A DNA stretch of 64,000 nucleotides from a virus: UHGV virus genome UHGV-0141727, one strand, 5' to 3'. Both the position numbers and the translations under genes were made by a program. Every line of letters begins with the position of its first letter. Position 1 is the first letter of the stretch. Shown here one piece after another: positions 60,994 to 64,000 of this stretch. The notes beneath the pieces were generated by a model that saw only the letters and a list, made by a program, of their open reading frames with translations, was not told the DNA's origin and did not search any database.

Positions 60994-61732
60994 CTATCAA
61001 GAACTGCGTGAGGCAGCAGAACGTGCAATTCCAGAAATGGAGCTACTGACGCTTCCATTTGATGCTTGGTTAAGCAAACAGGAGCTTAAAGACTACGGTG
61101 TGGATATTGATGTCATCAACACCTTCAGGCTTCTGGCTGGACCGGAAACCATGCTGGAACTGCTGGATGAAATTAAGCGCCAGGAAGACACAAATATTGA
61201 TGCCACGTGCCGAATTTCAGAGCTTGAGACTATTCTAGCGACGCTGGTGGCAGAGAACGCCGGGCTGAGACACGTAATGACCACCTCCATTGAGCATGAG
61301 AATGTGGAGATTGAGCAAACGGCAGGTTGCCCACGTTTTAAGCTGAAAGGCAAAGACAGACTGATTGCAGATCTTAGAAAGCAACGTGCCGAATGGATAC
61401 GGAAAGCATTGCGTTACTCTGAAGAACGCGCAGCATTGGCTAAACGAATCGAAGAGATGGAGCAGGCCAACACAAGACAGGACGCCAATATAAACCACCA
61501 GCAGGAGGGCGTGACCCAATCAGTCACCCGATACATATATCACTACAACGCAGTGAATGGTTCTGACTCTATGTCTGGAATTGCGCGGTTAAGTTTCATG
61601 ATCAAATCACAATCTGACCTTGAAGAACTTAAAAGCGCGCTTAGGAATATTGGTGGTTTCCGTGCGAAAGCAATTACATCTCTTTCATATCTTGGGCGTG
61701 AGGAAGAAGGGCAAAACGATGAAAAACCGTAA
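60980..61732 (+). CDS. Ea22-like N-terminal module protein
   Basis: 250 aa, GTG start. The first ~60 aa ([13 protein letters not shown]...[11 protein letters not shown]...LLAGPETMLELLDE) are paralogous to 55747..56379. Confidence 0.5.
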   Translation: MSKINYQELREAAERAIPEMELLTLPFDAWLSKQELKDYGVDIDVINTFRLLAGPETMLELLDEIKRQEDTNIDATCRISELETILATLVAENAGLRHVMTTSIEHENVEIEQTAGCPRFKLKGKDRLIADLRKQRAEWIRKALRYSEERAALAKRIEEMEQANTRQDANINHQQEGVTQSVTRYIYHYNAVNGSDSMSGIARLSFMIKSQSDLEELKSALRNIGGFRAKAITSLSYLGREEEGQNDEKP

Positions 61733-61895
61733 AGCAAAATTACTTCTTTTATCGCGTTCGACGGGGTACGAGAAGCTACCAATCAGCAATCACAAACGGG
61801 CGGTGATCGGCATGTTTGGTAGGGTGGTATTCGCATTTAACTATAAACCCACCGCGTCGCGGAACAGACGAGAGAAGGGGTACGCAGTGCGATGA
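61719..61895 (+). CDS. small basic protein (MKNRKAK paralogue 1)
   Basis: 58 aa within ORF 61620..61895. ATG 61719 follows an A/G-rich stretch. Shares 5' atgaaaaaccgtaa(a/g)gcaaa with the next gene. Confidence 0.4.
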   Translation: MKNRKAKLLLLSRSTGYEKLPISNHKRAVIGMFGRVVFAFNYKPTASRNRREKGYAVR

Positions 61896-62083
61896 AAAAC
61901 CGTAAGGCAAAGATGCTGATAGCAAAGCCCGGGCAGCGTATCCGTATCTCAAATCGGCTTGTTATTTACTATAGATATCTGGGTTTTAGGGGGTGTTCCT
62001 CTATTCGTTTTTACGGTGTCTGGCGGAGCAGAAGCGCGGCGCAAAACCGCTGGAAAAACCACTTGCGCACTAAAGGAGAGTGA
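61892..62083 (+). CDS. small basic protein (MKNRKAK paralogue 2)
   Basis: 63 aa with an ATGA overlap to paralogue 1. Confidence 0.4.
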   Translation: MKNRKAKMLIAKPGQRIRISNRLVIYYRYLGFRGCSSIRFYGVWRSRSAAQNRWKNHLRTKGE

Positions 62084-62084
62084 G

Positions 62085-62540
62085 GTGCCTACACTATTCA
62101 GGAAAAACTATCCGCGAAAGAGTAGAGCAATAGAATTGCTGTTTATCATTCTGTTTTTCGTGTTGCTGATACCAATAGCCTCAATATTAGTGACTGTTCT
62201 AATGGGGAGAGTATTTGAACCGTTAGTTGAACTGTATATCGATATAGTGTGGACCCCATTCAGGAAGCTACACAATAAAATTAACCCACATAAGGAAACA
62301 GATATGGCAACTTTGACAAAAGAAGATCGTTTTACCAAAAAACAAATCGCCGAGGCAAAAATCCTCGATAACAACGGAACCTACTTCATCAACGGTTCCA
62401 TTCTTCCTGTTTATATCAATGAAGATGGAGACACTTACCTTATTGAAGAGTACGAAAAAGGCGAGCCGAGCGAACACCTCATTAAAGATTTGTTCGCGGA
62501 TGGCGTTATTGTTGCTGTTAATCCGATTGGCTACAACTAA
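62085..62540 (+). CDS. membrane-anchored hypothetical protein
   Basis: ORF 61959..62540. GTG 62085 after AAGGAGAG avoids overlap. TM segment LLFIILFFVLLIPIASILVTVLMG. Alternative internal start at 62304 (AAGGAAA SD). Confidence 0.4.
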   Translation: MPTLFRKNYPRKSRAIELLFIILFFVLLIPIASILVTVLMGRVFEPLVELYIDIVWTPFRKLHNKINPHKETDMATLTKEDRFTKKQIAEAKILDNNGTYFINGSILPVYINEDGDTYLIEEYEKGEPSEHLIKDLFADGVIVAVNPIGYN

Positions 62541-62550
62541 AGCATAAATT

Positions 62551-63063
62551 ATGACCAGTATTACCAGAGAACAGGCCAAGAAAATTATTGAAGCTGCCGA
62601 TGAGGTTATTAGTGCGCTTGCCGGAACTAACGAGGATGTTCACCCTGGTAGCGATAACATGCTACGTCTGTGGGATGACCTGAATGACCGTTACGCGCCG
62701 CCGGAAGTTGTGCGTGAGCTGGCGCGTATCGTGCTGGCATCGCTGGAAGCGGAGCCTGTAGCGTGGCGATATCGCTACGTGAAAAAAAGCGTTACGGACT
62801 CTCAGGGGGAGCCGTGGGTTGGTGACTGGAAATATGTACCGACAAAAGAGGATTGCAACGACAGGCCGAGCTATGAGATTCAGGCCTTATTCACTGCCCC
62901 GCCAGTCCCGGTGACATCAGAAGGACTGGTTAAAGCCGTGCGTTTCTATGAACAAGTTAAGCGTGAAAATCCGCCAGTCGAAACCGGAGCATGGAAAGAC
63001 GCGGTTGACTGGGTGCTCAAAGAGGCCTGCCAGGTTGTAAACACTGGCATCAAAGGAGACTGA
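62551..63063 (+). CDS. hypothetical protein
   Basis: 170 aa. Shares ASLEAEPVAW with the next-but-one gene. Confidence 0.45.
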   Translation: MTSITREQAKKIIEAADEVISALAGTNEDVHPGSDNMLRLWDDLNDRYAPPEVVRELARIVLASLEAEPVAWRYRYVKKSVTDSQGEPWVGDWKYVPTKEDCNDRPSYEIQALFTAPPVPVTSEGLVKAVRFYEQVKRENPPVETGAWKDAVDWVLKEACQVVNTGIKGD

Positions 63064-63064
63064 T

Positions 63065-63274
63065 ATGGCTATTGCCGCAAGTTACACCATGCATCTCTAT
63101 TGTGATTGCCTCCAGTGTACAGATGGCAAATATAAGTCGCCAGACTTCGGTGAGTATATCGGTACGTCATGGGCTGGCTGTGCAAAAGAGGCGCGCAAGG
63201 ATGGCTGGCGAATAAGCAAAGACAAAACACGTGCTTTTGCGCCCGGGCATAAAGTTTTGAGGATTAACAAATGA
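63065..63274 (+). CDS. small Cys-rich hypothetical protein
   Basis: 69 aa, GGAGA SD. Confidence 0.4.
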   Translation: MAIAASYTMHLYCDCLQCTDGKYKSPDFGEYIGTSWAGCAKEARKDGWRISKDKTRAFAPGHKVLRINK

Positions 63275-64000
63275 CCACTGTAACCGACAAAGAACTGATT
63301 AAAGAAATCAAAGAGCGCATAGGCAGCCTGGACGTGCGAGACAATATTGAGCGCCGGGCTTATGAAATAGCGTTAGCCTCGCTGGAAGCTGAACCGGTGG
63401 CATGGCAGGTCACAATCACAAAAGACGGTCAGGACTCAGCCTCTATTATTTACCGTGACTGTGCAGAGAAAGACACATGGGTTCGGATACATGAGACACT
63501 TGGTTCTGTCGTACATGTCACTCCGCTTTACATGGCACCGCCAGCGCCGGTAACACAGGCTGATGTCGCGCAAGCAATTGAAAATCTCAGGCAGAAGTTA
63601 GTGGAATGCAATCGCTATAACTACTGCGCAGATGCAGTTAAGGGCGTAGAGGATGCCTGCCACGCTACCATGCTTCAGGGTAGCCAACCTGTAAGCCAAA
63701 CTTACAACTTGCCAGAATTAATCGAAGGGATGGAAGTTTCCATTGATGTAAGCACTTGTGATGCTGATTTAGGTAATCGCTATTTCGGCACCGTCACCGA
63801 GGCGTTAGAACTTGATACAGCCAAGAATGGTTACATCCTCCTGGTTCAGGACGCAGAGCCAAACTTCGATGTAAATGGCAACTCTCCGGGAACTCCGGAT
63901 AGTTGGATAAGCTGTAGTGAGCGAATGCCAGATGATGGTCAGCACGTAATTATTTTATGTGATGGCGCATTCGTTCTTTATGCGCAATATCGAGACGGAG
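63271..64000 (+). CDS. DUF551-like protein, 3' end outside the window
   Basis: ATGA-overlap start at 63271; frame open to the window end. WISCSERMPDDGQHVIILCDG near the end resembles the DUF551 signature. Confidence 0.5.
   Translation, partial: MTTVTDKELIKEIKERIGSLDVRDNIERRAYEIALASLEAEPVAWQVTITKDGQDSASIIYRDCAEKDTWVRIHETLGSVVHVTPLYMAPPAPVTQADVAQAIENLRQKLVECNRYNYCADAVKGVEDACHATMLQGSQPVSQTYNLPELIEGMEVSIDVSTCDADLGNRYFGTVTEALELDTAKNGYILLVQDAEPNFDVNGNSPGTPDSWISCSERMPDDGQHVIILCDGAFVLYAQYRDG

Overview
This window looks like about two thirds of a temperate, P1-like myovirus maintained as a plasmid (a phage-plasmid) in an enterobacterial host. All homology calls come from reading the translated ORFs and from recall of family motifs; no database search was run.

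Evidence for the P1-like assignment:
- A P1-type RepA replicon at 25082-26486: two perfect DnaA boxes, five GATC sites, five 21-bp-phased iterons upstream of repA and seven iterons downstream.
- P1-like gene orders on the minus strand: holin / LydB-like / Hdf-like / DarA-like / DdrA-like / DdrB-like, then portal and protease, and Sit-like tape measure / gp25-like / baseplate J / 16-like / R-like / tail fibre S-like / U-like assembly protein.
- A Ref-like HNH nuclease.
- Two immI-type immunity modules, each ordered c4-like antisense RNA, icd-like gene, antirepressor.

Differences from P1:
- Partition is by an R1-type ParMRC cassette directly followed by a type Ib ParA/RHH cassette. Each cassette has its own repeat arrays.
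- The replicon sits between tail genes.
- The antirepressors are Rha-type and carry or precede a DUF2829 (Tad2-like) domain.
- Lysis uses a CHAP/NlpC-like hydrolase plus an overlapped spanin pair.
- No Cin/C-segment is seen next to the tail fibre genes.

Most interesting signals:
1. Two complete c4-like antisense RNA circuits with different recognition sequences, at 2203-2788 and 52227-53256.
2. A family of palindromic promoter-operators (GTGTTAGAAAAT-N8-ATTTTCTAACAC) at seven loci, defining an immunity regulon that includes ref and the rdgC/methylase genes.
3. DUF2829 (Tad2-like) domains placed under immI control.
4. An orphan six-copy 19-20 bp repeat array beside the replicon.
5. An A_AAA_AAG slippery site at the stop codon of the capsid gene, opening into an Ig-like fragment.
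6. A stand-alone ClpX zinc-finger protein.
7. A three-gene toxin/antitoxin/orphan-HigA operon with a perfect 18-3-18 operator.
8. A lambda-type phosphatase interrupted by one in-frame TAG.
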